Source of the DNA: Diplonema japonicum
Lineage: Eukaryota; Protista; Euglenozoa: Diplonemea
Direction: 5' to 3'
Assembly (NCBI GenBank): GCA_964019335.1
Contig: OZ025685.1
Coordinates: forward strand, 62,001 to 126,000
DNA: 64,000 bases
Under the pieces are notes generated by a model that had not been told where the DNA came from, did no database searches, and saw only the letters and a program-made list of their open reading frames with translations. Position numbers and translations under genes: made by a program. Numbering within the stretch: the stretch's first letter is position 1; each line of letters starts with the position of its first letter. Positions 20,612 through 32,900 of the stretch are shown in pieces.

Positions 20612-21183
20612 GGAAAGGGTTTGCTTTGTCGCACTCTTTCCTTGTATTCTGACACTCCTTTTATTTATTTTATTTTTTTTTTATATTCCTTTCTCCTTCA
20701 ATCCCTTTCACCTTTTTGGTAATATTTTGCCATTACGGTAGTTTTTTTTTTTTTAATTTTTCTTTTTTTTATAACCATATCCTTTAAAACCCATTTTTCA
20801 CTGGTATTTAAACAAAGTGACTCCCCCAAGCCCATTTTTTCTTTACACCCCCCCCCCCCTTCTTCTTTTTTTTACAAAATTCTATGGTTTTTTTTTGTCT
20901 CCAGTTGCCACCATCCTTTTTTTTTGGGGGGGTGTTTTTTTTTTTTTTTTTTTTTTTTTGTGCCTCTCTGAACCCTCGTTCGTGCTGCTTTTTTTTTTTT
21001 TCGTTCTCATTTTTCTCCCTTGAAACCTATTTCGCAGAAAAGAAAAAAAAAAAAGAAAACAAAAACGGGGGGTCATTTTTTCTCACCTCTCCTCCCAAGT
21101 AAGCTAGAAAAAAAGTTTTTTTTTTTTTGGTATGGGTTTTGCTGTATACGGAACCACTTTCTATATCGTCCCGCCCACTGCCT

Positions 21184-21230
<47 letters not shown>

Positions 21231-22063
21231 ACTGTGGTCTGGCCCTGTTCCTAGTGCAGTTCCCCCGGTGTCAAGGTGGACAGGTGCCTCGGCAGGCAGG
21301 ACCACAGGGTACTCAATGACTTGTCGGTACTTGACTTTCCCCCCTTTTTTTTTCCCCTTCTTTTTTCTCCTTGTTATTCTGGTTCGTTCCTCATCTCCCT
21401 CATCCCTCCCCTCCCCATGATGGCCAAGCTCTAGTGCAGTTGGGAACGGGCAAAAGATTGAGAATCAAGCCCCCCGTCAGTCCTATTGTTTTTCTCCTTT
21501 CTTGTTTTTCCATTATTGCCTAATGACTGGAGAATTCTTGCAACGGGGCACTGAAGAAAAGTAAAAAAAAAAGAAAAAAAAAAATCTAAGGCACAAATTC
21601 CTCAAAAAAAAGTTTTTTTTTAACTCCCTCTTCTCAACTGACTGGGTTTGGCCACCCTTTTTTTTTTCTTTTTTTTCTACTGTTCTTTATTTTTTTATTG
21701 CTCCAACATTGTTACTGTTTTTCTTTTTTCTTTTTTTTTTTCACTTTATTTTTTTCTTTACTCTCTCCAGTTCTTTTTCTTCTTTTTTTCTTCTCTTTCC
21801 ATCCCCCCTCCCCGCCAGCTCACCTGTTCCTAGTTTCTTTTTTGTTGACCCCCTCCCCCCTCCCCTGGCTGGTTGTCAGGAAGAGTTTTAAAAGAAGAAG
21901 AAAAAATTGGGATTTTTTTTCTCTAATTTCCCTATGTGCCCGTCCCACCCCCCCGTCCCCCTGCTCTGCTCTTCTTGTAGGGCTTTTATCTAAAAAAAAT
22001 AATAATAATAAAAAAAAAATGATAATAATAACATAAAATATTAGCTTGGTTGGACATGTGGAA

Positions 22064-22099
<36 letters not shown>

Positions 22100-23327
22100 A
22101 AAAAACCAAATTAAAAAAAGAGCCGCTGAGGGCAGCACCTGAGCTGATGAGCTTGCCATTCCCACCACCCCCTTTCCCCTGTTTTTTTTTTTTTTTTTTT
22201 CTTTTTTTTTTCTTTTTTTTTTTTGAAAGCACTTGTATGTGATGAAGAAATTTTATTAAAAAAAGAAGAAAAAAAAGGGGGAAGGAAATAAAGAAAGGAA
22301 ATAAAAAAGGACGGGTGTGATTTCTCTTGTTTGCCATTCTTGAAAGTCTCCAGAAATGGTTTTTGGCCCATGGGAGGGATAGGCATACAAGAGAAGGTCC
22401 TTTTTTTTTAATTCTACGAAAGTCATACCTTCTCTTACTGCAATTAAAAAATGGGGGGGGGTGTTAAATGTTGGCTGTACCCCCCTCCCCAACGTTTCCA
22501 CTCTGAAGCGTCTGTGGCTTATAAGTGCAAAAAAAAAGGAGAAAAGGGTTTACCCTCCCCCCCCTCCATTCCAAAAAATCGCGGGCAGGCTAATTGACAC
22601 TCCTTGAGAAAATCTGGCAAAAAAGAATGCATATAGAAGAACTACGAGGGGGTTTTTTTTTTGTTGCTTTGAATGCTGACGCCAAACTATTTTCTTTATA
22701 TAAAATTTAATAAATATTTTTAACCCCCTCCCTTTAAAAAAAAATACCGGAGCACTTTTTTTTGTTGCCAGTTACCTATTTTCCTTCCCCCCCCCCCTTC
22801 CCCCTTTTTTTCCCACAGTACTGCAGTAAACGTACCTGAAAGAAAAAAAAAAGAAACAAAAAAAAAGAGGGACAGAAAAAAAAAAAAAAAAAAAACAAAG
22901 AACGCGCAGCTACGCGTACCAAGCTATAACAAAAAAACGACCCTTTAAGAAAATACCCAAAATACCCCCCATAAAATTTTAACTTTGAAAAGCCCCCTAA
23001 AAGCCTTCCCCTACTATTTCCCCCCTTTCTTTTACCCCTTTGTTGCATTGCCTACCCATCCCTCTTTTCTTTTTTCTTTTCCCCCCTCGCTCCTGCTACC
23101 TGAAAATTAAAAAGAAATCTACTCGGAGCTTACGAGGAGAGAAAAAAAATCATTCACCCCCCCCCCCCCTTTGTTTACCCTTTTTTTTAATCGTGGGTGG
23201 CCCAAATACTCCTTGGGCTTCCCTTCCCTCCCCCCTTTTTTTTTCTCTCCTACTGCCCCCATTTTTTATTTTTTTATTTTTTCTGCCGTAACCTTGGTTC
23301 ATTCCTCCACCTCATTCTCAGGTAGAC

Positions 23328-26228
23328 ATGGAGACGCCTTCGCTGCCGTTTCTGCCCCAGCAGCAGTTGCACACTGGGGCGGAGGATGGCCTGCTGCTCA
23401 GCAGTGAGGAGCGCATGCTAGTGCCTAGGCTGCCGCGGGCACAGAACGCATCACGCCGATCTTCACGAAAGGCGGCCAACAGCCTTGTGCCTGCAGACAG
23501 GAACTCAATACTGGCACACAAGGAACAGAACGAAGAAGGAGAACTCCAGACGCTCAAGGACTTGCAGATAAGAAACAGAACGCAGTTCGTGAACCTTCTG
23601 ATGCGTGTCAAGAGCGACAGTACGAAGTACAACAGTGCTGTTGTGCTGGCAGAGGTCATCCTGAAGCAGGCCATGGTTGCCACGCAGGACCAGCCGTCGC
23701 CCAATGCGCTGCGCACCGCCGTTGCCTGCTACGCCCTGGACAGGGTCACCGCGCAGGTGGGCACCGCCTATTCACACGCCTTTGCTGTCATCAGGAAGGA
23801 GCTTTTCAGTGCAATATTTACGGAGGACAAACAGCACGCGCTGGCCACCCCCTTAGAGGTCATCCCGTACCGGTGCACGCTCGGGGCAGAGGCTGCCGCC
23901 TCGCACAAGTACATCGGCAACACACTGCAGTTTGAGAGCGCAAGGGTGTACAAGCTGCAACTGGAACAGTCGAAACAACTGTTCAAAACAGTAGCTGGGA
24001 GCCTCGCGAAGTGCCAGATGGTGGTAGGGCGTGCTGTGGAGAACTGCCTGCGTCCTTACGTGCGCTTGTTCTTCAAGATATGGAGAAATTGGGTAAAGGG
24101 GGCCAGGCAGAGCAAGTGGATGCGAAAGAGGCGAACCCTCCGTATCGAGGCAGACCTCGCTGCACACACAAAGGGAAGCGCCTTCCTGCGATGGCGGCTC
24201 AACATCCTGGCATCGAAGTTTGTGAAGGCAGAGGAACACAAGAGCTCGCTGATGTACCAGCTGGGCAATGCCAACAACCAGTTCACGCTGCTGTGCTTCA
24301 AGGCAGAGCGGTACCTCGTGACGATCGACGATCTGCGTGAGCAGCTGACCTCATCGACGACGTACCTCACACAAGAGAAGCAGAAGAACTACGACGCCTC
24401 GGCACTGCTCAACGTCGAGCACAACAACAAAATGAAGGAAGTGGCCAACACAGTCAGCGATCTCGCTGCCATGTCGCAGCAATGGATGGCTCTATGCAGG
24501 AGCATGCTGCACACAAAGATCTTGAAGGACATCCCAGACGAGAGGTCCGATGCTTTGACGCACGAAACCCAAAACATCAACAAGACATCGGGAGAGAAGG
24601 AGAAGGAGGAGAAGGGGGTGGCGAGCGACATGCAAGAGTACATCACACGTCCTGCGGAAGCTGTTTTGTTGAAGTGGGCGAATGAGCTTGTCTCTGCCTG
24701 CGACCTCATTGAGAGCAGGAAGGCCATTGGGAACTTCGGCAGCGACTGGGCGGACGGCGAGTACTTCATCGTCATCCTGAACAGGATATCGCCCACGACG
24801 TGCCACCTCAGCGGCCTGCAGGAGACAAGCCTCGCTCGGAAGTACGAGTACATCCTAGAGAGCTCTAAAGCATTGGGCATCAACTTCATCCCACGTGCGC
24901 AAGACATGGCCGAAGGGGTCACCGATATGAACTTCCTTTTCCTCTATGAGCTCTTCAGGATATACGCCACGAGGAGCAGAGCAACTAAGGAACACATCGG
25001 CATGCAGCAGGACGTCTTCGGTAATGACGAGTTTCTGAAGTCCGACGTACCTGAGGATGAAGCCCTCGACTTGGATGTCTTACCTGCTTTTATCAAGTCC
25101 AGCGAGGTGAATCTGGAGCAGTATGTTTCCGAGTTGAAAGAGCACGAGGCACGCGAGGGGTGTTGGCAGAAAGTGCTGGACATGATGGAAGCACAGGCTT
25201 ACGAAATGCGCGAGGCACGCATCAACAACAAGCCAGTGACAATCGTGGACGGGAAAGAGTTGCAGGCGTACCTTAGGATACCGAAAAGCAAGCTGAAAGA
25301 CATCCACGCAAACTACACTGTCAGCAAGCAGCAAGCCGTAGCGCCTGCCGCCACACCGCTGTCGTTCGACGTGATGATGGACAACACGCTGGACATTATA
25401 AAACAGAACTTCCAGGAAATCAGGAGGGTGTTCCGGCACTACTGCTCGCTCACAACGGAGTCGCCCAGTGCAGATACTATGACACAGGCGAGCTTCTGGA
25501 AGTTCTGCACCGACTCGAAGTGCATGGACAAAGAACTGACGAAATCGGTAGTGTCAGAGATATTTAAAAAGGTGAACAGTGTGCCGCAGATGCCGACCAG
25601 CGACGAAGCGGACGAGAACCCCGACACAGAACTGGTGCCCGCAGAGTTCGTGGAGAGCGTCATACGCCTATCGGACAAGAAGATGCCAAGCGAGCCGACA
25701 CTTGACGCACGCGTGCGAGCTTTCATATATAAATATGTGAAGCTCAGTACTACGAGGGCAGAGCTGTCGAAGTTCAGGAGCAGTATCTACGATAGAAACA
25801 TGCAGAAGGTGTTGCAGAGGCATGGCGTCGAGCTGCAAAGGGTGTTCAAATACTACGCTGGATTCGACAAGAAAAGCAGCAAGAATAGGACTATTAACTT
25901 TATAGAGTTCATGAAGTTGCTGCAGGACTGCAACCTGCTCGTCTTCCCGCTGGATGAACAAGCAGCACACAACATCTTCCTTGCAATGCAGGACACGACC
26001 CCCATAGATGACAATGACTCGCAGGAGGAGTACTTGTACCACGAGTTCACAGAAGCACTTGTAGCCTGTACGGTGTACCGCTACCCCTGCCCTTATATTC
26101 CTCTCGACAACAGAGTGGAACACTTCGTCACCTCGAACATCCTCACGCACCTGCGGCCACGTCTCAAGCACCATGGCATTCGCATCGACCCCGACCTTAA
26201 GGTCGTCCCCTTAGTCTCCATCCCCTGA
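23328..26228 (+). CDS. Calponin-homology and EF-hand-like cytoskeletal protein (966 aa)
   Basis: CH signature EAVLLKWAN...IGNFGSDWADGEYFIVILNRISP; C-terminal EF-hand-like repeats (VFRHYC..MTQASFWKFC; VFKYYA..INFIEFMKLLQDC). Confidence 0.85.
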   Translation: METPSLPFLPQQQLHTGAEDGLLLSSEERMLVPRLPRAQNASRRSSRKAANSLVPADRNSILAHKEQNEEGELQTLKDLQIRNRTQFVNLLMRVKSDSTKYNSAVVLAEVILKQAMVATQDQPSPNALRTAVACYALDRVTAQVGTAYSHAFAVIRKELFSAIFTEDKQHALATPLEVIPYRCTLGAEAAASHKYIGNTLQFESARVYKLQLEQSKQLFKTVAGSLAKCQMVVGRAVENCLRPYVRLFFKIWRNWVKGARQSKWMRKRRTLRIEADLAAHTKGSAFLRWRLNILASKFVKAEEHKSSLMYQLGNANNQFTLLCFKAERYLVTIDDLREQLTSSTTYLTQEKQKNYDASALLNVEHNNKMKEVANTVSDLAAMSQQWMALCRSMLHTKILKDIPDERSDALTHETQNINKTSGEKEKEEKGVASDMQEYITRPAEAVLLKWANELVSACDLIESRKAIGNFGSDWADGEYFIVILNRISPTTCHLSGLQETSLARKYEYILESSKALGINFIPRAQDMAEGVTDMNFLFLYELFRIYATRSRATKEHIGMQQDVFGNDEFLKSDVPEDEALDLDVLPAFIKSSEVNLEQYVSELKEHEAREGCWQKVLDMMEAQAYEMREARINNKPVTIVDGKELQAYLRIPKSKLKDIHANYTVSKQQAVAPAATPLSFDVMMDNTLDIIKQNFQEIRRVFRHYCSLTTESPSADTMTQASFWKFCTDSKCMDKELTKSVVSEIFKKVNSVPQMPTSDEADENPDTELVPAEFVESVIRLSDKKMPSEPTLDARVRAFIYKYVKLSTTRAELSKFRSSIYDRNMQKVLQRHGVELQRVFKYYAGFDKKSSKNRTINFIEFMKLLQDCNLLVFPLDEQAAHNIFLAMQDTTPIDDNDSQEEYLYHEFTEALVACTVYRYPCPYIPLDNRVEHFVTSNILTHLRPRLKHHGIRIDPDLKVVPLVSIP

Positions 26229-26318
26229 CCTTTTTTTTTATTTCCATAAAAAAATCTATTCTTATTGGTTTCGTATTACCGTTGCACTGTACACCTGAGA
26301 TGTATCCCCCTTACAGAC

Positions 26319-27401
26319 ATGGCGGCAAACAAGGACAAAAGCAAAAATGAAGGTGGTAATCCAGGCGAGACGCAGGTGGGCGAGAAAAAAGACCAAAGCG
26401 TCGAGCTAGCCAACGAGGTATTATTATTGTTTCCCCCCATCATGTTGAAACGGTCCCCCTCCCCCATCTACAGTGGAGCCTTGTGCTGCTGGGCGCGATC
26501 GACGGCATTAATTTGGCATATTTTGTGAAATGCGTTTTGAAGCGACGCAAGCTTCGGAAGGTATGAGGAAAGAAAGAGAAAAAAAAGAAGACAAAGCTTC
26601 CCAATACAGACATTCGCGTGGTGCTGCTGCCTGAACCTTTTGGTTGCTCTAGGCAGCGTGTTGGTGCTGCAGTGGACGACTACTGTATTGAGGTGGCTGA
26701 TCACATCGGACGAGACGTACCACCTCGACGTGATGGCAATGCTGCACAGCGTGCTTTGGAAAGTGCCGCTGTTCCTGGTGAGCTACCCCCTGAACTACGT
26801 GTGGCTGGTGGAGATCTTCGAGGAGGCCTACAAAGAGATGTGGAGCGTGAAGAAGGTCGACGTCAAGAACACCTACATGCAATTTCTTAATAAAGCCAGC
26901 GATGCTGTGTTGCAAGGCTTGCTGCTGATCTTGGTGGTAATCCAGACAGAGGTCATCCGCTACACTCCTAGCTTGCTGCTGTCTGTCATCCTGTACCCCT
27001 TCTCGTTAGGCAGCTTTGGTTGGGCAGTCGGCTCATACGCCACGTTCCCCGTCGCCATCGCCTACGAGGCGTGGGTGTACTCCTTCTACGCATTCGGCTT
27101 TCGACTCAACGAGCAACCGGAAGTGACACTCACCAAGAAGATCATCTACTTTGAGCACCGGTGGATGTACTTCCTGGGCTACGGGCTGCTCCCTGTTCTG
27201 CTCATGTCGTGGGTTGCGTCTTTCGACACATTTATAGCTTCCATCTTGTACTCTGTACTGCTGCCCATCCACTCTGTTCTCTCTGTCCCCACGCATCCTG
27301 AGAAGCAGCAACAAGCGATTCCCCTTCCTATCTTCCACTATGCTAACACCGCACTTGCAATACTGATCCCAGCTTTGTACGCCAAGCTCAGTGTTAAGTA
27401 A
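26319..27401 (+). CDS. EI24: EI24-family membrane protein (exons 26319-26417, 26474-26560, 26610-27401)
   Basis: VLWKVPLFLVSYPLNYVWLVEIFEEAY and YSFYAF...YFEHRWMYFLGYGL motifs; two phase-0 GT..ACAG introns give a continuous frame. Confidence 0.8.
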
Positions 27402-27566
27402 TGTTCCATATTCTCAAAGAAAAGCCTTGCCCCGAGTACACCGCTGCCCCCCCCTTTTTTTTAGACAAGGCTAGCCAAATGTGGGAGGTACAGAATCTTT
27501 AGAAAAGAAGAAGAAAAAAAGAAAATATAATGTGCTCACATGCAACACAGGGAAGCAAGACGTAAC

Positions 27567-28298
27567 ATGGACGCGGCACTGCAGGGCTTGCATGACACCA
27601 TGCGGCTGGACAGGTGGTGGGACCACATGGCTGGGGGGACCACGGCAAGGAAGGCCTTGCAAGGGTTGTTGATGGTGATTGTCCCGGTGTGCATTGTGTT
27701 CAAGTTCGTGGGAAGCACGCCTGCCTTTATCATCCATCTGCTGTTCGCAAAGGCGTGGTCTATGCTGTGGACGAGCAAGGCGCTGGACACTGTCATGTCC
27801 CCACCTAAAACAACGGGCCGTCTGTACATGCTTCTGATGGGGTTGAGTGTTGTGTACCCTTTGCTGGCATACTTTCAGGGTCTTGGTGTTAAGTTTGTAC
27901 TTGCGGCTGTTGGGTGGTACTTCCCAGTCTCCTCAACCTTGTCTGTGTACCTCCCGTGGTTGTGGGAGGCCTACTCTCATGGGGCTGCCGTGCTTTTCGC
28001 GTGTAAAGTTCGCAGTTTTACAGAATTGAAGGAGCTGCGTTGTTTTATGATTGATCATGCGGACTATTTGTTGTTCTTTGGCATCCCTCCAGTGCTCGTG
28101 AGTAAGTTGATATACCATGTGTACCCTTATGCTGTTGTTGAGATGGCAGTCCTCGATGCCATGTACTGCGTGCAGGCATGGCTGACCATAGAAGCGGCTC
28201 CCGTCGACAGCTCCCTTACCTCTGACCTCATGATGTTCTTCCCTGGTTGGGACATCCTTGTCGCAAAATTCATAGGCAAACCCAAAAAGAAAAACTGA
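27567..28298 (+). CDS. Divergent EI24-like tandem paralogue
   Basis: Multi-TM; LWEAYSHG and MIDHADYLLFFGIPPVL align with YEAWVYS and FEHRWMYFLGYGLLPVL of the upstream gene. Start uncertain (27540 possible). Confidence 0.6.
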   Translation: MDAALQGLHDTMRLDRWWDHMAGGTTARKALQGLLMVIVPVCIVFKFVGSTPAFIIHLLFAKAWSMLWTSKALDTVMSPPKTTGRLYMLLMGLSVVYPLLAYFQGLGVKFVLAAVGWYFPVSSTLSVYLPWLWEAYSHGAAVLFACKVRSFTELKELRCFMIDHADYLLFFGIPPVLVSKLIYHVYPYAVVEMAVLDAMYCVQAWLTIEAAPVDSSLTSDLMMFFPGWDILVAKFIGKPKKKN

Positions 28299-28489
28299 TT
28301 CACGTTTTGCTATTAACGTTGTTTTTTTTTTTTTTTTTTTTTTTTAGAAATTATGTCTAGGGAGAGGAAAGTTTTTTTTTTTCTTCTTCTTCCTTTTTTG
28401 TTTTTGTTTTCAGGTCAATCAACTCATGTTTTTTTTTGACTCTTTGATTGCTTTTCTCCTTTTTTTTTATGTTTCAAATCTTCGTCTTT

Positions 28490-28527
<38 letters not shown>

Positions 28528-28727
28528 ACGATTTTATTACGCTATGCAAACTTGTGCCGAGCAAAAAGAAAAAGAAGAAGAAGAAAAAACAAACCCCGTG
28601 CACCCTTTAAAGACAAGATTTTTTTTTTATTATTGCTCATACGAACAACAAAGACATAACTCATAAAGAATAATGCATATTGCTTTTTCTTTCTCGGCAC
28701 ACATACACGCCACAATGTAGGAGTTTT

Positions 28728-29828
28728 ATGCTGAACTCACAAGTTGTATGCCATGCGGTGCCTGAGGTGACTAACGTGCTACAGCGCATCAAGGAGGGCA
28801 GCGAGGTAGCTTCATTGGAGTCTGTCAATGTAAGTTCACAGGCGGCGGTGATCTTCGGAAGGAACCTGCTGGGCAGCAGAGTGACTGTCCTGACGCTGCG
28901 ATCCTGCAGGATAGGCGACTCAGGCCTTGCGTGCCTTGGGGACGTGTTGCGCGACACCTCCATCGAGTACCTAAACGTCACGGGGAACGGCATCAAGCTC
29001 CTGGCGAAGACCTTCCTGAAAGCAATAAACACCTCATGCACTTTGAAGGGCCTCAACATCTCAAACAACCCTCTGGAAAGGGCTTCCGTGGGTGCGCTGT
29101 GCCAAGCCATCTCCAACAGCCATGTGACCGACTTAGACTTGAGCATCACAAATGCCCTGACATGCTCACTAGAAGTGGCCACCGCTGCACGTTCTTTACA
29201 TGTGCTTCGCGTAGGGTATAATACATACTGGCCTGCCGACTGCACTCTGCTGACACTTCTCGACTCACAGTGCACCGTCACAGTTCTAGATCTTACTTCT
29301 TCTGAAGTCAGCGGGAGGTGTGACGAAATCAAAAGTGCTGTGCTCGTGATGCCTTGCCTGAAGTGTCTCTCTCTGAAACACAACTCGATATGCCCCACGG
29401 GACTTGTTCACATCGCCGCTGCTGTCGAAGGCTCTGTCTCTCTCGAGGATCTCTCCTTGGCCTGCAACCCTCTAGCCACAGTGCCCGGAAGCAGGGCGTA
29501 CAATGAAAAAGGCGTTGTTGCCTTAGCTACCGCTGTGCTGCGAGCCCCCAAACTGAAGCAGCTGTCTCTCGTACAGTGCTCCCTCGGGTTCGGGACAAAC
29601 CCCTTCTACGACGGGACGGACCACGGGGGGATATCCTGCCTATGCGACACAGCAAAGAAGAACCCGTCCGTGACAAAGCTGAACCTTGCAGAGAACAACT
29701 TCAACGACAAAACAATCTCCATCCTAAAGAGGATTGCCTGCGGGAAGGCGTCTTTCGAAACCCCATGTGACATAGCCACTGCCAAGTCCCCCTCGACCCC
29801 GTTCCACTACGGGCACTTCTGCACATAG
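28728..29828 (+). CDS. Leucine-rich repeat protein (RNI-like)
   Basis: Repeated LxxLxLxxNx(I/L): LKGLNISNNPL, LKCLSLKHNSI, LEDLSLACNPL, VTKLNLAENNF. Confidence 0.88.
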   Translation: MLNSQVVCHAVPEVTNVLQRIKEGSEVASLESVNVSSQAAVIFGRNLLGSRVTVLTLRSCRIGDSGLACLGDVLRDTSIEYLNVTGNGIKLLAKTFLKAINTSCTLKGLNISNNPLERASVGALCQAISNSHVTDLDLSITNALTCSLEVATAARSLHVLRVGYNTYWPADCTLLTLLDSQCTVTVLDLTSSEVSGRCDEIKSAVLVMPCLKCLSLKHNSICPTGLVHIAAAVEGSVSLEDLSLACNPLATVPGSRAYNEKGVVALATAVLRAPKLKQLSLVQCSLGFGTNPFYDGTDHGGISCLCDTAKKNPSVTKLNLAENNFNDKTISILKRIACGKASFETPCDIATAKSPSTPFHYGHFCT

Positions 29829-29963
29829 TTACAAAGTTGAAGCTCACTTGGCGCTAGTTAATGCAGCTTTCTGGTTATACGTGTTTGTTCATGTCTCAGT
29901 TACACAGTTTTATTTCTGTCTCGCTTACTGAGGGCGTCATTGCATCACTGCAGATGGGCCACA

Positions 29964-32900
29964 ATGAGGGTGGTGTCGCGATTGCGGAAGCAGAGAACCG
30001 AAGCTCAGGAGGTGTTGTCATTTGACAAAGCGAGCTACTCGTTGACGGAGGCACAAAAGCGGCTTGTGAAGCAGGTGTTTGGTCCACCTATGCAGTGCGG
30101 CTCGTTGGCGGCAGTGGCAGGTGTGGTGCTCATCATGCTACGCAGTGTGTGCAATGTGGAGGAAGACATCCATGCTGTGGTCGCGGTGGTGTTGTGCAGC
30201 ATTCCGTGTGTCTTCAAAGCTGAGTCCAAGTTGAGTGGGGCTGGGGCTATGGGACATGTGTACTGCTTCATCCCTTCGGGCTCAGCCATAGGGCCGTACA
30301 TCACACCAGACTGTTCGAGGACTAGAGGCACCGACGTGGTATGCGGCCCTGAGCGGCTCTTGCCCGCTTGCGATGGCAACTTCGCGGGTGAAGCGAAGCT
30401 GAACACTCTGTGTGCGACAGCAGTCGCGAAAGTCCTTGGGAACAGCTTGACCCTGCCTGCTTCGTTGCTCCTCCTCTCGCCTCCAGTTCTCGGACCCGAT
30501 CCGCCTTGCTTTGCAAGATCTGTCGTCAATATCATCAATAGGATTCTCTGCCAGCCCCAGTGCACGGCCCGTGTGTGGGGTTACACATCGAAGTCGGCGC
30601 CTATGACAAAGATCCACGACACAGACAACTGGGCGGGCAACGAGGCAGGCAACGGGGCGGGGCCCTTCGACGCGAAGACCCTCCCCGCGTCCTGCCATGT
30701 CGTCATGTCCGCTAGTTGCGGCGCTTGCAACGTGATGTTCATTGCCCTCTCTGGCAACCCTGACATTTCCTTGGCTCGCTCGTCCGTCTTGAACCTGTGC
30801 CAGATACGAAAAACCACGGCCACTGAATTCCCTGCCGTGATCAGTCCACTGTCGCTGTTGATAAAGGACAACATGAAGCAAGTAAAGCCGAAGATAACCA
30901 CAGTCATGCTTATGAACCATCACCTGGACACCGATGAGAAGAAGGCAACGAAGTCAATGGTGAAGCAAACCTGTCGCAGCTTGGGGATACCGTACCTCAA
31001 GCCACGCCCCTCCCTGTTCCACACCATTAAAATAGCCTTGTTGTTCAGAAGGCTCTCCGCCTCCAGGAGAATGGTAACCGCTTGCGTAGTTAAGCATCCT
31101 GTTGAATTCTGCGTGGCTGGGGATGAATGCTTGTCCTTCATGATGGCTCTCAAGTACAAGAGCGGCGCTCCTGTGCAGCGCGAACTGCCGTACCATGCTA
31201 CCGCGTACCTAGAAGCCTTACAGGGACCGTGCAACGGGCGGCTGATTGGTGAGACTCGTGTGTGGATTGAGCGGGGTAAAGTATTCTTTGACAACCTGGC
31301 AGTCACCTCTCCAGGGGTGTATGTAGTGCAGGTTGTCTTCAATCTCTGCTTCAAGAACGATGACAACATTGATGTTCTGTGCCCCATCACATGCTGCACG
31401 AGAGCTATCCGTGTAGCTGACTCTTGCGCCACCCTGGCTGGACTCATGCAGGCACGCATGGGTGTGTCATCCATCGACAGCGACGCAATGAAGCTTGTCC
31501 TGAAGCATGACAAACTCTTCTCTGAAAAAGAGACCAAGCTCGAGATGCACGTTGCAAGCCGCTACGACCCATCTGTGACCCTCCTTGTCGACGGTGTTGT
31601 GCACCTTGCCATGTCGAAAGCAGGCGCAGCTCCCCTGCCTGCTGCCCTGAAGCGAAGGGCCACTGAGTCAGCCGTCAAACGAGCGCGACGAAGCTTCTGC
31701 GACCCCGACCTTACAGAGCGGAAGAAGTCCTACGGCATGGGCATGCAGACCGTGATGTCGCTCAGAGCGAAGCCAGCCCTGCAAGACTTGTTAAACCCCA
31801 CTGTCAACACCAGTGTCTTGATCACAAACGGACGTGGCGTCACGCCCGTGAAGCTGGCTTCATCGGGGAAGTGGGTTGCAGTGCTGCGCCTCGAGAGCAT
31901 CAGCATTGTGACGGGTTGTTCCGTAGGCTTGCACAGCGTGGTCAACGTGGCGATGCATCCTCTTGAGGAATGGAAGACGTTCTCCATGAAGGAAAGTGTG
32001 GCCCGCATGGAAATAGCAAAGAGCCATACCACACACACTTTAATGTTGGATAGAAAACTGTGGATACTGCTGCTGTGCTGGTGGCATGGTGAGATCTGGA
32101 AATTCGAGTGCTTTAAAAATGAGGCTGTGGAGCGAACAGGTGTTTTGGAAGAGCACCACAGGTTCTGGTTGACGTTGCTGGGCGAGGTTGAGGTGCAGTG
32201 GGTCCGTGAAGAGCTGCGAACCTGGGACATGCTGAACAAGGGCATCCCAAGGCCCGTCGGCCTGTGCGTCGCGAAAGTGGGAAGCGTTGTAATGGAGGAG
32301 CCATTCGAGCTCAGCGTGAGGGTGGTGATGCGGGGTCATGGGAAAAACCTATCGTTGATGCCGTCCTCTAGCGATGCGGTGCTCCTGCAGCTGTGCAACA
32401 GCACGACGAACGGGGGGCAGATGAAGATGTGTGTTGTATCGCCTTTCATGCATTTCGATGGGAAGGACGTGGCTCATGCGCAGATCAGGCTGTCGCACGC
32501 GGGAAGTGTCGCCTTCAGGGCAGTGATCGAGTTCTCAAGCCCTTTAACGCACAGTTTGGTGTCTGACATTGTACAGGTGCTGCACAGGCCTTCGAAGATT
32601 GTGCTACAGCTGATGGACAAGGAAGGCATTGTGAAGTACAAGTTCCGGTCACGTGACCTGATCAGCGGCCGTGTCCATGTCTACGATAGCAACAACGAAC
32701 TCTGCCGCGAGGTCCACGGGGAGGCCTTCCTCGCGACGGAAAGGCTCGTCCACAACCAGTGGAAGCAATGCACGCTCCTTCCTGCATTGGCAACTGCTCA
32801 CAGCATCCATAATGGCCGTGGGAAGGTCTCTTTTCCCAGACACATCTTTGCTTGCTCTCCAACAGGCACCTACCGTTTTGTGTCCACCTTGGGAGACATC

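Noticed and set aside
17730-23320. Many short K/F-rich ORFs (also 13.8-16 kb and 43.6-46.6 kb)
   Set aside because: Translations of poly(A)/poly(T) tracts, not coding.
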